A DNA stretch of 64,000 nucleotides from Spironucleus salmonicida (lineage: Eukaryota): contig NC_090601.1 of the NCBI RefSeq assembly GCF_000497125.1, positions 1,488,001 to 1,552,000 of the forward strand, in the 5' to 3' direction. The position numbers were made by a program, and so were the translations under genes. This document shows, piece by piece, positions 1 to 13,313 of this stretch. Positions within the stretch are counted from its first letter, which is position 1; every line of letters starts with the position of its first letter. Under the pieces are notes generated by a model. The model was not told the origin of the DNA, made no database searches, and saw only the letters and a list, made by a program, of their open reading frames with translations.

Positions 1-677
1 GACCTTTTTAGTGTTTTACTAATTGGTAAAAGTTAACTTCTACTAATATAATGCTAATTTTTAGTTCCTTTACAACGTTGGCAAACAATTTTGCTCTCAA
101 TAACGCAACCAAAAAGTTGCTCGATAGCAGTTGTTTAGTTGCTTTAGGGTTAATTTGCACTTTCTACTTCTTTAAAATGGAAGGCATCTATTACTCGCAG
201 CAATAGTTCGGTTGCATCAGATTATTGGAGTGGTGACATATCAAATAGTTTTAAATTTGCATAGAAAAGTTGCGGTAAAATAACTTTTTATTTCGAATTT
301 TGAAGAGTAGTTAATGAGGAAAGAAGTGGTGATTTTGTGGCAGTTTAGAAATAATCTGATGATATAAGAGACCGAAAACGGCGGAGCGAAAATAAAGCTT
401 AGAGTACCGTGTTGGCATAGCAAGAAGCACCAGTATTTTGGAAACCGAATTGTGGATGTGCTTTATGAGTTGAAATAACATTTTTGAATGATGAAGGATC
501 AATAATATAAAATGCGTGTTTAAGAGTAGACTCTGTTATTGTATGTTTTGGGATCTTATATAAACCTTCCTATTGAAAATTTGTTAAGTCGTCCCCGATA
601 TAACGCTCAACGAATTTGAGAGTACGTAAAGGTTGGTTAGATTACAGACGTTGTAGTGGAACCAAAATGTTTTCCAT
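1..677 (-). CDS. Ubiquitin-specific protease (peptidase C19), runs off the window edge
   Basis: Cys box FGFQNTGASCYANTVLQALF, then QQSDATELLLRVID and CQRC. An alternative in-frame ATG lies at 710. Confidence 0.9.
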
Positions 678-832
678 TTGTGAAGTGGACGTTGGAATGA
701 AAGAATACATTATTATTATATAAATATTTATTATAATAAGTCAATAGAGTGTTGATAAAATTAATGCTATTATATTTGATATTACTGGTATCTATATAAA
801 TTGATTAAATTATGCTTAAGTAAAAGAATAAA

Positions 833-915
833 TACTAACCGCGGGATTCGAACCCGCGAGGACTACTGTCCATTACGACCTGAACGTAACGCCTTAACCT
901 CTCGGCCAGATTAGC
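833..915 (-). tRNA. tRNA-Leu(CAG)
   Basis: Acceptor stem GCTAATC/GGTTAGT with discriminator A, D arm GCCGAGAGGTTAAGGC, anticodon stem TTACG/CGTAA with loop TTCAGGT, long variable arm, T arm GCGGG-TTCGAAT-CCCGC. Confidence 0.93.
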
Positions 916-989
916 TATAATTAAATATTAAATTATACACTATATATAAATACTTAGCTATAGGAATTATTAGAAACCTCACTAAAATA

Positions 990-1133
990 TCACAAATATT
1001 CAGTATCAAAGTCATTTACTATCTCTATCTTATTTGAAGTATCTCTTAATCCAATTTTCTTTTTACCTTATTAAGTGGGAGATGGGCAATACGATTGCCT
1101 TTCAGCAGTTTTTTCTTAGTTGAAATACTTCAT
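990..1133 (-). CDS. Small hypothetical protein (47 aa)
   Basis: MKYFNQEKTAERQSYCPSP...DFDTEYL*, with AGTGA shortly downstream. No recognisable motif. Confidence 0.35.
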
Positions 1134-1600
1134 TTTTGAAATAAATTTTTATAAAGACAATATATTTTTAATATATATACACTTCTGAAATACTACGATT
1201 ATTTGTATATTGTAATTATGTTAATAATAAATATATTAGATCTAGTAATGAAAAGCGAATATTATTTACATAAATAGAATAACTAAATTATTTATATCAG
1301 TTTTTATGAAAATTTATGATAAATCCATAGGAAGTTAGTTACACTGCTGAAAATTCTATAAATAAACATAATGTTGAAAAGTCTGACAACATATTTACCA
1401 TAAAATTGATCATATCCAAATATTAGATTTAAATAATTCAAGCAAAATAATGTGCTATATGTTAAAATTTAACTATCGTAATAATAGTAATTAACTTCTG
1501 ATATTTTTATCGTTATTTGTTTTCGTATTGTTTGATATTTTTTAATCAACTTTCCATAATATCATTAATACCTTTTAATAAAGTATACATTTACACAAAA

Positions 1601-2671
1601 ATGCTACTTTCTATACTTTAGACATACACAATTATCACAACAAAAGGTATTGATAATTTTATCAAAATCAATTAAGAACATGCTTTAAATCAACTAATTA
1701 ATACAAATATTATTCCAGATATTGAAATCCCACTTTTAGGCTTCAAAATACTTCTCAAGAATGTTAGACTAGTTAATGTCCAGGCAGGTGATATTTCTAC
1801 ATTTTTAGATCACAATAAGTAATAAATATCATTAAAAATGTCAAAAATAGCCATGGAGCTCACCTTTGAGTTTTAATTAACCTAATAATCTTTCCCATAT
1901 TCATCAGATATGGGAACAGGGTAAATTATCTTAGAAAAAGTTAGTGCATCAATTATTGGAGTATTTAACGAGTTATTTACTGTTTCTCCAGTTTCACTTA
2001 GCTTTATTATCGATGTATTGTCAGTAAAAACATAATCCTCTCTCGATTTTATTATAAATCCACTATTGAACATACTATAAAATCAGCTGAAAATTTTAAT
2101 AAATGGTTAGCTAAATCAAGTTGTAAGTGGTAATTTGCTCGAAATAATGAATAAAGTAATTGAAAATATTGATTACTTATCAGTTATTGGTGGCGTAGAA
2201 AGTTTTCACTAATGGTAATATTTGGAAATCCGTGACAGGCACATTTTCGTATAAGAAATATTAGAAATTAATGGAGTAAAAGTAGGAGGGCAACAATAAT
2301 ATCAATAATTTTTACTTAATAATGATATTTAATATGGATTTGGGATAGAAGTAATATAATAGAGTTTGATGAGTTAAAAGTATAAGATAAATGAACTATA
2401 AATTAGAAACACGGGAATCAGTGGTAGCTATAAAACTAATGACGTAGAATGCAGATTTTTGGGCAAAATTTAGATGAGTGTAGAAGATACATAGCATATG
2501 ACTTTTAAGCTAGTAATAAATGAAAGCTTTGGTGAAAATTGTATAAATGTCATACCATAGATTATCAATATTGTTTCTTTTCCCCAGGCTTTTAATGTCA
2601 ACTAAGACTTGTAATGCATATACTTATATGTGGACTAGTGCGTTCATTGTGGTGGTGATATTGGATAGTGA
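1601..2671 (+). CDS. BPI/LBP-like lipid-binding secreted protein (356 aa)
   Basis: Short hydrophobic N-terminus and a BPI-like pattern (ITTKGIDNF...IPDIEIP...LKNVRL...FPYSSDMGTG). Ends TAG-TGA. Confidence 0.65.
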
Positions 2672-2724
2672 GTTGTTCGGTATTTAATATAATATATTTA
2701 TATATTAAAAAATATTAAATGACC

Positions 2725-5553
2725 TCATCCTATAGCTCCATCAATTAAATTATTCATGAACCCTTAAGTATTAAATTTTTCTTATATAGGTTTAGTTTTC
2801 TTCTTCATTATCTGTGCAGATTTCTACAATGAACTCTATAGAGAAGGCCCAAACATTATAAATATGTTAATGAAATCATCAAATGTTAGTCCTTTTCCTT
2901 CAGAATAGTATATCTTTATTTTATTAAAATCTTCATTTATTTAATCTAATTTTATAACTTCGTTATCCAGCTGATCTTAATATGTGTTTATTAAACTTTT
3001 AAGATTCTAACCTATTTTTGAGCTATCAATATCGATTTTCTTCAGTCTTTACTGTAAAGATAAAAGATATGCAGATTATTCTTAATAATTAAACTATTTT
3101 AGTTTTAATAAAATGTCATTTATTTAACCTATTTCTTATTATTGTTGAACAGTTAGCATTTTAGTAATGATAGTGAGCAATGTATCTCCAGAATTAGTTT
3201 TTAAATCTATTAGTCGAACCAGTGTCTTTAACTTAAATCCTTATGCGTTACCTCTATTATTATTACAATTTAAAAGGTTTCCAACGGATAATATTTATTT
3301 AAGAAAATATAACCATGATTAATTATTTTATAACTCAGATAATAATTATTTAAATGTATAAGTAAAATCTTGTAAAATGATAAACTCTTCCCTAAAATTT
3401 ATAGAAAATAACCAATTTTCTACATTTTATCTGATATTTTTGATACCTGATATTGCAAAAATAAATTACTCCGATTTATTATATAATGTTATGTTGTTCG
3501 TGCTTTTCATTGACTCTAGAACTAATTATATTTCCTCTGGATAGGGTAGAGCTAATAATAATGTATCAATACCATGTTCAAGTGGATCGAAATATTATGC
3601 GTTAATAATATTTTCTTTTATTTAAAAAAACGTTGATTTTAATTTATTCAAAGCTATTTCAATTTATTATGTTCTTTTTGAATCCAAAATCGATATAAGT
3701 TGCTTTTTCTATTCTAAGCATTACTATGTCTATATTTTTTCTTCTATGGCAAAATAATTAGATAAATCTTCAATTTATTTATCTGTGAATCTTATATCTT
3801 CCTATCCAATACTTCTCCATAAACTTTCTTACTTTATATCCTAATCTTTTGTTTTTTCCCATTATAATGGTTTTGTTTTGCAAGTTGATTTATTAACAAA
3901 TAATTTTTAAAATTTCAATTTACAGGGTTAAGCTATACCACCAGGAGGTGGCGGAGGAAGCATACCACCAGGAGGTGGAGGAGGAAGCATACCACCAGGA
4001 GGTGGCGGAGGAAGCATACCACCAGGAGGTGGCGGAGTAAGCATACCACCAGGAGGTGGAGGAGGAAGCATACCACCAGGAGGTGGCGGAGGAAGCATAC
4101 CACCAGGAGGTGGAGGAGGAAGCATACCACCAGGAGGTGGCGGAGGAAGCATACCACCAGGAGGTGGAGGAGGAAGCATACCACCAGGAGGTGGAGGAGG
4201 AAGCATACCACCAGGAGGTGGAGGAGGAAGCATACCACCAGGAGATATTAATACACCTTTCTATTCTAATTATGCTTTAAATTATTGTATTTCTCTTATT
4301 AAATCTCGATTTTATTTTTCGATCCCTGCAATGATAAAATCTTTTTCTCTAATAACTACATCAATTTTTGTAATAGCTGTCATTTCATCTTCAGTAGCCA
4401 ACCTAACACTGTTAAAGTCAACATCACCAACCCGTTCCACTAATTCATCTATTCCTGTATACTTAGATTTCGCTGTAATATAGCCCCATTAATCCTATGC
4501 TGATTTGAGGCATATTTTCCTAAACGCATTTCGTATAAAATCAGACTGTGAATCTGCAGAAATTGATGCCTTTATAGCCAATTACTCAGTGGAAATATTA
4601 TCATAATCCTCAATCTCAGGATAAAAATTGAAATTAATGAGAATTTTGATGCATTTTACAGCCTTCGCAAAAACTATGTCGCCTTTCAGATCATCGTCAG
4701 CTAGTGTTTTTTAGCTCTCGAACAGCCACTAAATGTCGAATTCCTAATCTTCTTTCAGGTAACACCCAAACTAGTTATACCTTATCCTAGAGTTCAAAAT
4801 CGCAACAACTGCAGCTTTCAGCTTCTCCTAGATCTCAGTAAACCCCCCTTGCACCAGCTCGCCCTGGACCTTGGGGTCTGCCGTGATTATCCGCTAAATA
4901 ATCAACAGACTGTTCAGAATGTCGTCAATGTTGTGATTTTCTGCTCCATACTGCAAGCTCACCACCAGTGCCTGGAAGCGCCCGTAGCTGAAGTAGATCT
5001 GCCGTAGGCTCCCTGAAATGGCCCCTGCACTGCTTCCGCTACCGAAAATGCAGCATGCGGTCAGGATCAGCAGTGAGTTCTACCGTATACCATCCATAGT
5101 GCTGCCGAGCAGGCTCGCGAGCTGCCGTAGAAGGCCGAAATTGCCGCAAATGAACCGGACCCCGGACTCGCAGTCAGCCAGGCCATGCAGAGCCTCCAGG
5201 GTGAGCAGTAGCGCTTCGAAATCTGCAGCGTTTTGCGCCAGAAATACGAAGTCTGCGAGCGCGTCTAGGCCGTTCTCAGTGATGAAGCGCTGTCGGAATC
5301 CCGGTGCGCGGCAGGATAACGCAAGCTATGCGAGAACATGTGTGGCAGGAAAATTATTTACCCGTGCCCGCTTCAGGGCGCGGATTGCCTGGGGTGCGTC
5401 CAGATTCGAGGCATCGCCTGCGTGCTGTTCTATAAAGCGGACCTGCTGACTAGGTGATTGATACTTCGCCTTGATCTTATTCTGGGCATCCGGTGCTAGC
5501 TGTAAGTTGTCGAGTGTACGTTGGAAGAAAAATGAGATATCATTATCATTCAT
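2725..5553 (-). CDS. Formin (N-terminal region, FH1, FH2; 942 aa)
   Basis: Polyproline FH1 followed by FH2 motifs KPLQWEK and GNLLNCNNNRGNAQGFKLKTL. ATG 5553 and TGA 2725 are in frame. Confidence 0.92.
3937..4242. repeat. 27-bp tandem repeat, 11 units, encoding (MLPPPPPGG)n, the formin FH1 domain
   Basis: Unit ACCACCAGGAGGTGG(A/C)GGAGGAAGCAT is directly visible. Confidence 0.97.
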
Positions 5554-5625
5554 GGAGAGGTTGGAAATCGGATAATAATGAAAATTTGGGAAAGCTTGAA
5601 AATGGGTTAAATGAGAGCAAAATAA

Positions 5626-5847
5626 TCATTTTCTAGCCGCCTGCCTTACTTCGGGAGAATACATGATTAAGTCATCGATAAGGTCCACGTGGGTGATCAG
5701 CATTCTTCTACAACAGTATCTTGGGCAATTTAGTTCATCCAGAACCTCCTTGGGATCTCTACCATTTTATTCGGTTTCTCTGATGTAGGTGTCATATAAA
5801 TGACCAACAACCTTACCACATGTGAAACAGCGAACTGGGATGATCAT
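5626..5847 (-). CDS. RPB10: RNA polymerase I/II/III subunit RPB10 (73 aa)
   Basis: [15 protein letters not shown]...[16 protein letters not shown]. Confidence 0.97.
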
Positions 5848-5975
5848 TTGGAAAGGTAAATGAAATGAAAATTATATATGATATATATTCATATATTAAT
5901 GGGTAACTAAAAAGTAAATCGTAATTTATTTTATATATTAAATAAATAATAATTTATTCATTCCGCCTCTTTTAA

Positions 5976-6722
5976 ATGCAAACATTGAATAACAAACTCA
6001 ACGCACTCGTTAAAAGCTAACATAAGCTTTAAAAAGATAGAGCTTTTGTGCAGTAAGAAATCAGTTAAAATATTCAAACATCTTTAACCACATCTGAGTT
6101 ATTATCATAGCATATACCAGTATGTGCTGAAACTTGTCCAATCGCAACACGTACTGAACAGACTTACAGCGAAATATAACTTTTAGAGTCTTAATTAGAA
6201 CATGTTTAGTCAGAACTCGCAAAAACCCAGACAAAAGTTACTGTACACAACCCAGTAGAAACTGAAAAATCAAAATTAGTTATTGAAAATGAAGAGGATC
6301 TTCTTGAACAGCTGATGCTTAAATATGAACCTGAAGCTTACACTGCATTTATCAGAAAGCTAAATTTCTCAAAAACATCTACCTTCCAAAACAGTGTTTT
6401 GAGCGAAATGTCGATCATGCAATAAGACCCCTACAAGTCCTGTGCCGATTATGTGGAGCATCACAACAACTCACAGTTTAGTACAATGACAATGACAGCT
6501 GAAGAGGCTAAATTCATGGATGTTGCAGATTACAATTTCAAGCTGAAGAAGCAGCTGGCTGTTGCAAAATGCAACTTTAGAGAGAAGAGGGATGCTATTT
6601 AGGAGATAGAGGGTAAGGTTCACTATTTAATTCAGGAGCAAGAGAAGTACTGCAGCATTGCAGGAATCGTAAGGGAGAAGCTTGAGATTGTAAAGCACGA
6701 GGTTGAGGAGATTGAATTTTGA
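5976..6722 (+). CDS. Hypothetical coiled-coil protein (248 aa)
   Basis: Open code-6 frame, TTCCGCCT motif upstream, E/K/Q-rich heptads. Confidence 0.7.
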
Positions 6723-6781
6723 CGTGATATTATTTATATTTTTTGATTGTAATTAAATAAGATAGATAGTTATACATATTC

Positions 6782-7627
6782 TCAGTTCATCCTTAAATGA
6801 GGTACAATTCTTTCAGCTATGAACTTCTGGTTAGTTGTGTAATCTCCGTGGTGTAAATTCGTTTCTTCAAATATGACTCTTTTTTATTCTACCATTGATC
6901 TTAGACCAAAAGTATCAGTTTTATACTCTTCGCGATCCTGGTAAAGCTAAATATCCGAATCTGATCCTTCTTTCCATACTCCAAAAAAGGCACTCTACCA
7001 CGGAGAAATGACTTCATCAATAGGTCCACCAAATAATACAATTTTATCGACATACATAAAGTTAATTTTTCGTTAAATATTGTAATCTCTTATGTTGTGA
7101 ATAAAAGGCAAAGACGCTGCTTTTTTAGCATATGCTTTTAATTTATATGGATTTCTCCAGTATTATGCAGGAGATAAGCGAGACTAAACAAATCCTTTAT
7201 ACTAAAAGTAAAATAATAACTTCTAAACGAAAGTAGGTAAATAATTACCATGGCATTTAGATTTTACACCACAGAAGAACCCACGTTATGGTCCGGATAA
7301 AGAAATAAATCTTACCATAGGTGCTGCCTTATGGTTATATTCTTCTAGCATTGCTCTAATTAAATAACCTCCTTAACTATGTCCAACACCAATGTATCCA
7401 TTTTAAGTAATTGGATGTTCGCTTATACACTCTGATAAAAGTCTTATTTAGTGTGATATTTCCATAAAAATAGAATCCCATCTGCCATTTCCAACCTCAC
7501 AATTAATTACAATAACATTTTCAATTTCAGACTGTATAGTATCTCTTATAATTTCCATATAATGTGCAGATGAATCAAACCCATGCATAATTACAATAGG
7601 ATATTATGCTATCAGGACGACTAACAT
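6782..7627 (-). CDS. Palmitoyl-protein thioesterase (281 aa)
   Basis: PIVIMHGFD, nucleophile elbow GVGHSQGG, FISLSGPQRG, QYWRNP, DEVISPWQS. Confidence 0.93.
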
Positions 7628-8780
7628 TGTATAAACTGTAGGAATTTGATAAGGTTAATTATTTATATAAAGTTTTATAGTTGGAATTTATAAAATCCCT
7701 CTTAAACTTAAAAAGAAATATAAATAAATATTTGTATACTAAGTTGTTATTATGTTTTACTATGTTTCAAGTTGAAAATTTAATAATTAAGTATGCATAA
7801 GTTAATAATTAAGAAACATTTCAACCTTATAATTAATTTCCCCAAAGAGTATTACAACATAATTATAATAAAAATATATTAAGTTTTGTTAAGAAATAAA
7901 AATAATTTTGACATGATTCATTATAGTTATAGAATTTAATACTGACGATAATTTTTAATTTTAATTTTTAGAGAATTTATGTTTCAAAAATAAAACCACA
8001 ACTAATTATTGATTAATATGAAACCTGTTCAATAATATCAAAATTCTATTTCAGTGTATTGCAGATAATAATTATTGGATTTAAATTAACATTAAATATG
8101 TAAATAATTTTTTTAAATAATAATTAGTTATTTATATATTCAAAGTATGGGTTTGTAATATATTTATTATTGAACGATTATATACATTTATATTTCATAT
8201 ACTGTAATTTTATCATAGAAGTCATATAATTATATAATATTTTAACTATAAATTATTATTAATTTTGATGGCAAAATTTTTATCAGGATAATATAATAAT
8301 TTCATCTTAGTTACTATCTTTTACTTAATTTACATTAAAATTATACCAATTATATTGTATCAGGATATTTAAAATATCCCTCTGAAAATAAGGAGTACTT
8401 TATATTCTCATTAATAATTTAGGAATATGAGAATATTATAAAAGTCTTATAATAGATTGCAAATAATACAGTTATAAAACGAAAGAATAATTACTGATGT
8501 GTAGAAAACAAGAATTTAATGATAACTTTCAGTACAATTAATATAACCAAATATTAAATGATAATAAGCATCCATTATAATAAGATTACACTATAGAATG
8601 TTTATATTGATTGAGGATAAATACCAGATAGAAAATTTAAAAATTTAATACTATTTTTGCATATTTTAACAATAAGTATCAAGTAATATATTAAAATACT
8701 ATTTATTTTTAATAGTAATATTGTTATTATTATTTAACGAATATTTACTAATTATGATATATTAATTGTATTTAGCAGAA

Positions 8781-9842
8781 ATGTTATTTTAATTAACATT
8801 TGCTCCAGGGATCTAGTCTACACAGGAAACATAATTCGAAGTTAATTTTGACGAAACTATATAGCAGTATATTGATGATGATCTACATGACTTTACTTTT
8901 TCAGTTTAAACTGGTTAGCGTAAATTTTTTTAGATTGATATTTCAGCTATGATTTGTTCATTATTTTCTGAAAAATCAATATATTCATTATATTACACCA
9001 CATTGCTTGTTTCAAATCCATTAACTTCTTATGATTCACACCTTATTAAATCTTGTATGTTTTATCCAAAGATATTAAACTCACCATCTTTTTGCGTAGA
9101 AAGTAGTACTATATTATAAGGATCTTGTATTTTTAATGAGAAATAACCTGTAGTATAAAGTTTTCAATAACTTTTGGAAGAACAAGGGTTAATTGTAAGT
9201 TCGAAACTAGGGTATGGTGGTTTTGGAGAAGTGTACGAGGTAATAAAAGACAACTAAATATTTGCTTGTAAGGTTTCTCTTCATACATAGGCACTTTAAA
9301 AAGAGTTTGATATATCACAATTAATTGGATCTTGTTAAGTAAATGAGTTCTAAAAAAGCACAACATTTGCATGCTATCTTATGGAAAAATTGTATTAAGC
9401 TAATGTTTCAAACCACTATGATTTTCTATTAAAATTAGCATATAGTATTCAAAATATTCATGATCTGAATATAATTCATTCAGATATAAAATTGGCAAAT
9501 ATAATGTAGACTGCTGATAAAAATATAGTGTTAATTGATTTTGGAACAGCATGTCGAATTGGAATAGATATACCAGAATGGAATTGTACAAAAACTCATA
9601 TGGCTCCTGAAGTTAGGAGCCATACTTATTTTGGAAAAGAAAGTGATATTTGGGGATTTGGATGTGTCTGTTTAGAGGTGTTAGTTCCAGATGACCTGAA
9701 AATTGGTATTGAACTACGAAATAATTACAAATTAGGTATATATGTATCGCTTTTAGATAAAATTTTTGTGGATTTCAGGGAGAGAATTACTATAAAAGAA
9801 GTTATCGAGCATATGATTACGATATATGATTTAGTGAAATGA
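8781..9842 (+). CDS. Ser/Thr protein kinase (353 aa)
   Basis: LGYGGFGEVY, ACK, IIHSDIKLANIM, DFG, APE, DIWGFG. Confidence 0.9.
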
Positions 9843-10061
9843 TTTTTACAGTTTTATTATAACCGATATTAAATTTTCCTTCATGTTACATACGTTAGAA
9901 GTAGCAATAATTAAAAAATATTTGTACAAACACAATATTTAAGGTAAAAATAAGAAAGTTAAAACAATCTATCATAGGTAGTATAATTTAGCTACTAATT
10001 CTTCAAAGTATCTCTCTTCATACACCAATGAAGCAAATTTTACACTTAAAACCTAGAAAAT

Positions 10062-10856
10062 TCATAAAAATACTCCAATACACCTTTTTATGATTTCAAA
10101 AAGTTCAAATAACTCCCCTTCTTATTCTTATACAATAAAAGCGCCTAAACTCTCTTCTTATTATTCTGTTAAATTACTCCATTTTTAATTTTAAAATTCA
10201 CCAAAAATACTCTCTAATTCACCATCTAGCTGATCCTAAAGAACACCGAATCGCTCCATAAGTTAATCTTCAACGACCTTTGCAAGGCGGTCTGCTGCGA
10301 GCCGCTTCTGGTTCTAACTAGCAACCTACTTCTTAGTCAAGAATGCCACTTTTTCGGCTTTCTACTTAGTAGAAAGCTCGCCAAGTAGCTGCTTATTCTG
10401 AGTGATAATGAGGTTTAACTGAACCTTAAATTTGGCTAACTCTCCTGCCAGAAATTCTTTTTCTGAATTAAAAGATTATTCCTCGGTATCTACTTGCTTC
10501 TCCCTGATCTTAATAGGTGTAATGGAAAGTGAAATTTTAGCTTGAACTTCAGAAATTTATTACTCCTTTTAATCGGTAAAATAAGCGTTAAGATTATGTG
10601 TAATCTTTGTCTTAAGGTCCGAAACAAAAACACGGTTTCGCAAATAATTATGGGGAATTTTATAGTTTAAATCAGTTAGATTCGTGTAATCCAGGATTTT
10701 TCTAGTGAGTGTCCGCATTTTAAGCTAGTTTTGCTTGTATTAATCTAGAAGAGTAATTATTTATAAGTCTGCCCATGTTTACTTTTATTCTAGGACTTTA
10801 GACACAATAGTGTCTTTATTTTGGGTGGTATATTGACGCGGTCGACTTGCGCGCAT
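10062..10856 (-). CDS. Hypothetical coiled-coil protein; 3' end uncertain
   Basis: MRASRPRQY... is open to TGA at 10062, and coding-like sequence continues past that stop. Confidence 0.6.
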
Positions 10857-10945
10857 TCAAAAATAATACAGTATAAATTGATAACAAATAATAATGGGAG
10901 GTATTAGTAATTTGAAGACATTAAGCAAATATTATATTAGAATGG

Positions 10946-11500
10946 TCACAATTTTCTAGCTTTACCACTAAACTCTGATTTTTAGCTACAAGTTTTGGTG
11001 ATTATACCATCCATAGATCTTGGATGACCGTTCCATATTATTACACCATCTTTATCGAAAATAAAAGCATGCGGTACTCCCTAAATTTTATAGTAATCAA
11101 GTAAGTATTTCATTTTACCGAATTCATCGCTCCCAACGGCGTAATGCTTAGTTTCAGGATGGTCAGCGACAAAAGCCTCAATATTTGATTTTGGTTCTTA
11201 AGCTATAGACACAACATTGATATTTTTAGTTCTTGCTAAATTAGCCAAGTGAGGAACTTCAGCCTTGCATGGAGGGCAATTTGTCCCAAAAGCAATTAAT
11301 ACAGTTGGAATACTAGATGAAAAAGGCTTAGGTTTGGTCACATAGGTAAATAGATTTAAGCTAGGAAGTGGAGGTAAATTATTTTTTGGGGAGTCCTTAT
11401 CTTTCTTACCTGGGGTTTAATTTCTTAATTTATTGGCGTAATAAAGAAGACCACTTGCAAAGATAATAAATCCTAGCGTCTTTATTAGATCTTCGTTCAT
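10946..11500 (-). CDS. Membrane-anchored TlpA/ResA-like thioredoxin-fold oxidoreductase (184 aa)
   Basis: N-terminal TM segment, FGTNCPPCKAEVPHL, GVPHAFIFDKDGVIIWNGHP. Confidence 0.85.
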
Positions 11501-11565
11501 TATAGAGGAATTAATTTGAGTTAAATTATAGTATAATATTGGACTTAATCGTTTTTCTTCGAATA

Positions 11566-12495
11566 ATGAGAAGCGTTATACTGTCGAATAATAATTAGTT
11601 GACAAAAAATAGACTTCAAATAACTAGTAAATAACCAAATTTTGATATAACTACACTTAATATTTAAGAATAACTCAATTTTTTACAATGTATTGATAAT
11701 AATATACCGACAGCGTTATTACTCACTTTAAAAAGTCTTAACATCGAAAATTAAATCCTAATAGACAAAAATCTGTATGGATCTCTGTTTCACCGACTCC
11801 ATTTACTAGATCTCGACCAGACTCAAAATTTGATATAAAACTTGATTTCTACGCCACCAACTTCGCTCCATTAGGTAAATATCATTTCATCACTGGTCCC
11901 GCACCCTCTAAATGACTCATTGGAAATAGATAGGTTCATTATAAATTCTTGGCTTGCACCGTTCCCCAAAAATGCTCTAAATCTGATTTCCAAGCTCTCA
12001 GATAACTACATGTTGTCAGAAACATCATTTTTCAACGCGCTAAAATTTGCAGAAGACGAGCTTCCAAGAAACGCATTAGAATCGCTCACAGCGCTTCATT
12101 TGCTCGCTTACGAGGGCCGCGGATTTTCTGATTTCGCCAGAATCGCTCAGATTGCAATTCAATATTTGTTTTCCACTTCTTATTTAGTAATCACGAAAAC
12201 GTTCCACTTCATCACTGCATTCATCTTTTCTTTTTCAGATTTTACCCACGAAATCGAAAATTCAATTCAAAATTGGAATTTCATTCCCACAATTTCGGCA
12301 ACAATCGAAATCTGCAGTAAAAATTACGAAGCCGCGACCGCGTTTTGCGAGTGTTTGAAAGCAGTTTTGGAGGCATCCGAGCCCGAATTCTGCCGTTTTC
12401 GTGAGATTGGAAAGGGTATTTTATCGAATTTTGAATCCATTTTTTACGCCAACGAGGACCTGAACTTTAGCGATCTGCTCAACTGGTTCGCGTGA
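11566..12495 (+). CDS. Hypothetical helical protein (309 aa)
   Basis: Code-6 frame extends the 11920-12495 ORF back to ATG 11566. Confidence 0.75.
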
Positions 12496-12496
12496 C

Positions 12497-13258
12497 TCAT
12501 TTTTCGTCGTTTTTCGCCTTTCCCTTCTCACGGCAGAACGCCCTTATCGTACAGTCTGCGCACTTTGGCCCCTTGGCAAAGCACCAATTTTGGCCGAAAC
12601 CGACCAACAGCTCGTTGATTTGGCCCCACTGGGCCTCTGGGATCCAGCTTTCTAGCTCCTCGCCGACCTTATCTGGCTTCTCGCTCAAATCGGCGTTTCC
12701 GGCCCAGCCGAGGCGCTGCGCGATGCGGCAGACGTGCGTGTCGACGGAAATTCCGGCGTTCTGGCCGTAGCAGACTGCGAGGGTGATTTTTGCCATTTTC
12801 ATGCCGATGCCTGGCAGGGCCAGCAGGGCTGCCAGCGAGTCGGGGACGTCCGAATCGTGCGTTTTAGTGAGAATTTCAGCTATTTTGTGCAGATAGACAG
12901 CTTTCTTCTTGTAGAAACCGACGGGGTAGATGAGCCGTTCGAGGGCGTCAGGGGCCTCCGCCAGCACGTTCGGGACGGTGAGCCGGTGCGTTTCGCGCAA
13001 TTTCATTGAATTCCCATCAAATACAGTTTTCTGGTCGAATTTGCAGCCCAAAAACTCGTCCAATCGGTTAATAGCGGTGGCTGTTATCGGGTCCTTCGTC
13101 TAGGACGAAAGCAGGAGCGCAACCAGGTAGCGGAAACGACCATCTTTAGTCTCGTTTGTGTCAGAAAGGCAATGTGCACCATACTGGTCGACTTCAGGCG
13201 TGCGGATGCTGCGCATTTTTCGGATTAGCGGAATTATTGACTCTAAGTTTCTTGACAT
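12497..13258 (-). CDS. NTH1: Endonuclease III (HhH-GPD DNA glycosylase with 4Fe-4S cluster; 253 aa)
   Basis: LLSSQTKD (Q encoded by TAG), LLALPGIGMKMA, ISVDTHVCRI, C-x6-C-x2-C-x5-C. Confidence 0.96.
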
Positions 13259-13313
13259 TTGTAAAATAAGTAAATAATTTATATTAGGATATAATTTTAT
13301 ACATAAAGTGAAA

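Noticed and set aside
2-487. Plus-strand open frame at the window start
   Set aside because: It is the antisense shadow of the minus-strand USP gene, which has clear catalytic motifs.
833-915. tRNA-Sec or opal suppressor, because TCA occurs in the anticodon loop
   Set aside because: In the 7-nt loop TTCAGGT the anticodon positions read CAG. The D arm and discriminator A fit Leu.
3933-4280. CRISPR-like array, or the repetitive ORFs MVCFLLHLL and MEEEAYHQEV
   Set aside because: There are no spacers. These are alternate frames of the formin FH1 repeat.
7630-8780. Hidden gene or ncRNA in long AT-rich spacers (also 31080-32050, 44640-45370, 60520-61330)
   Set aside because: No coding bias, repeat or stable structure that I could support by eye.
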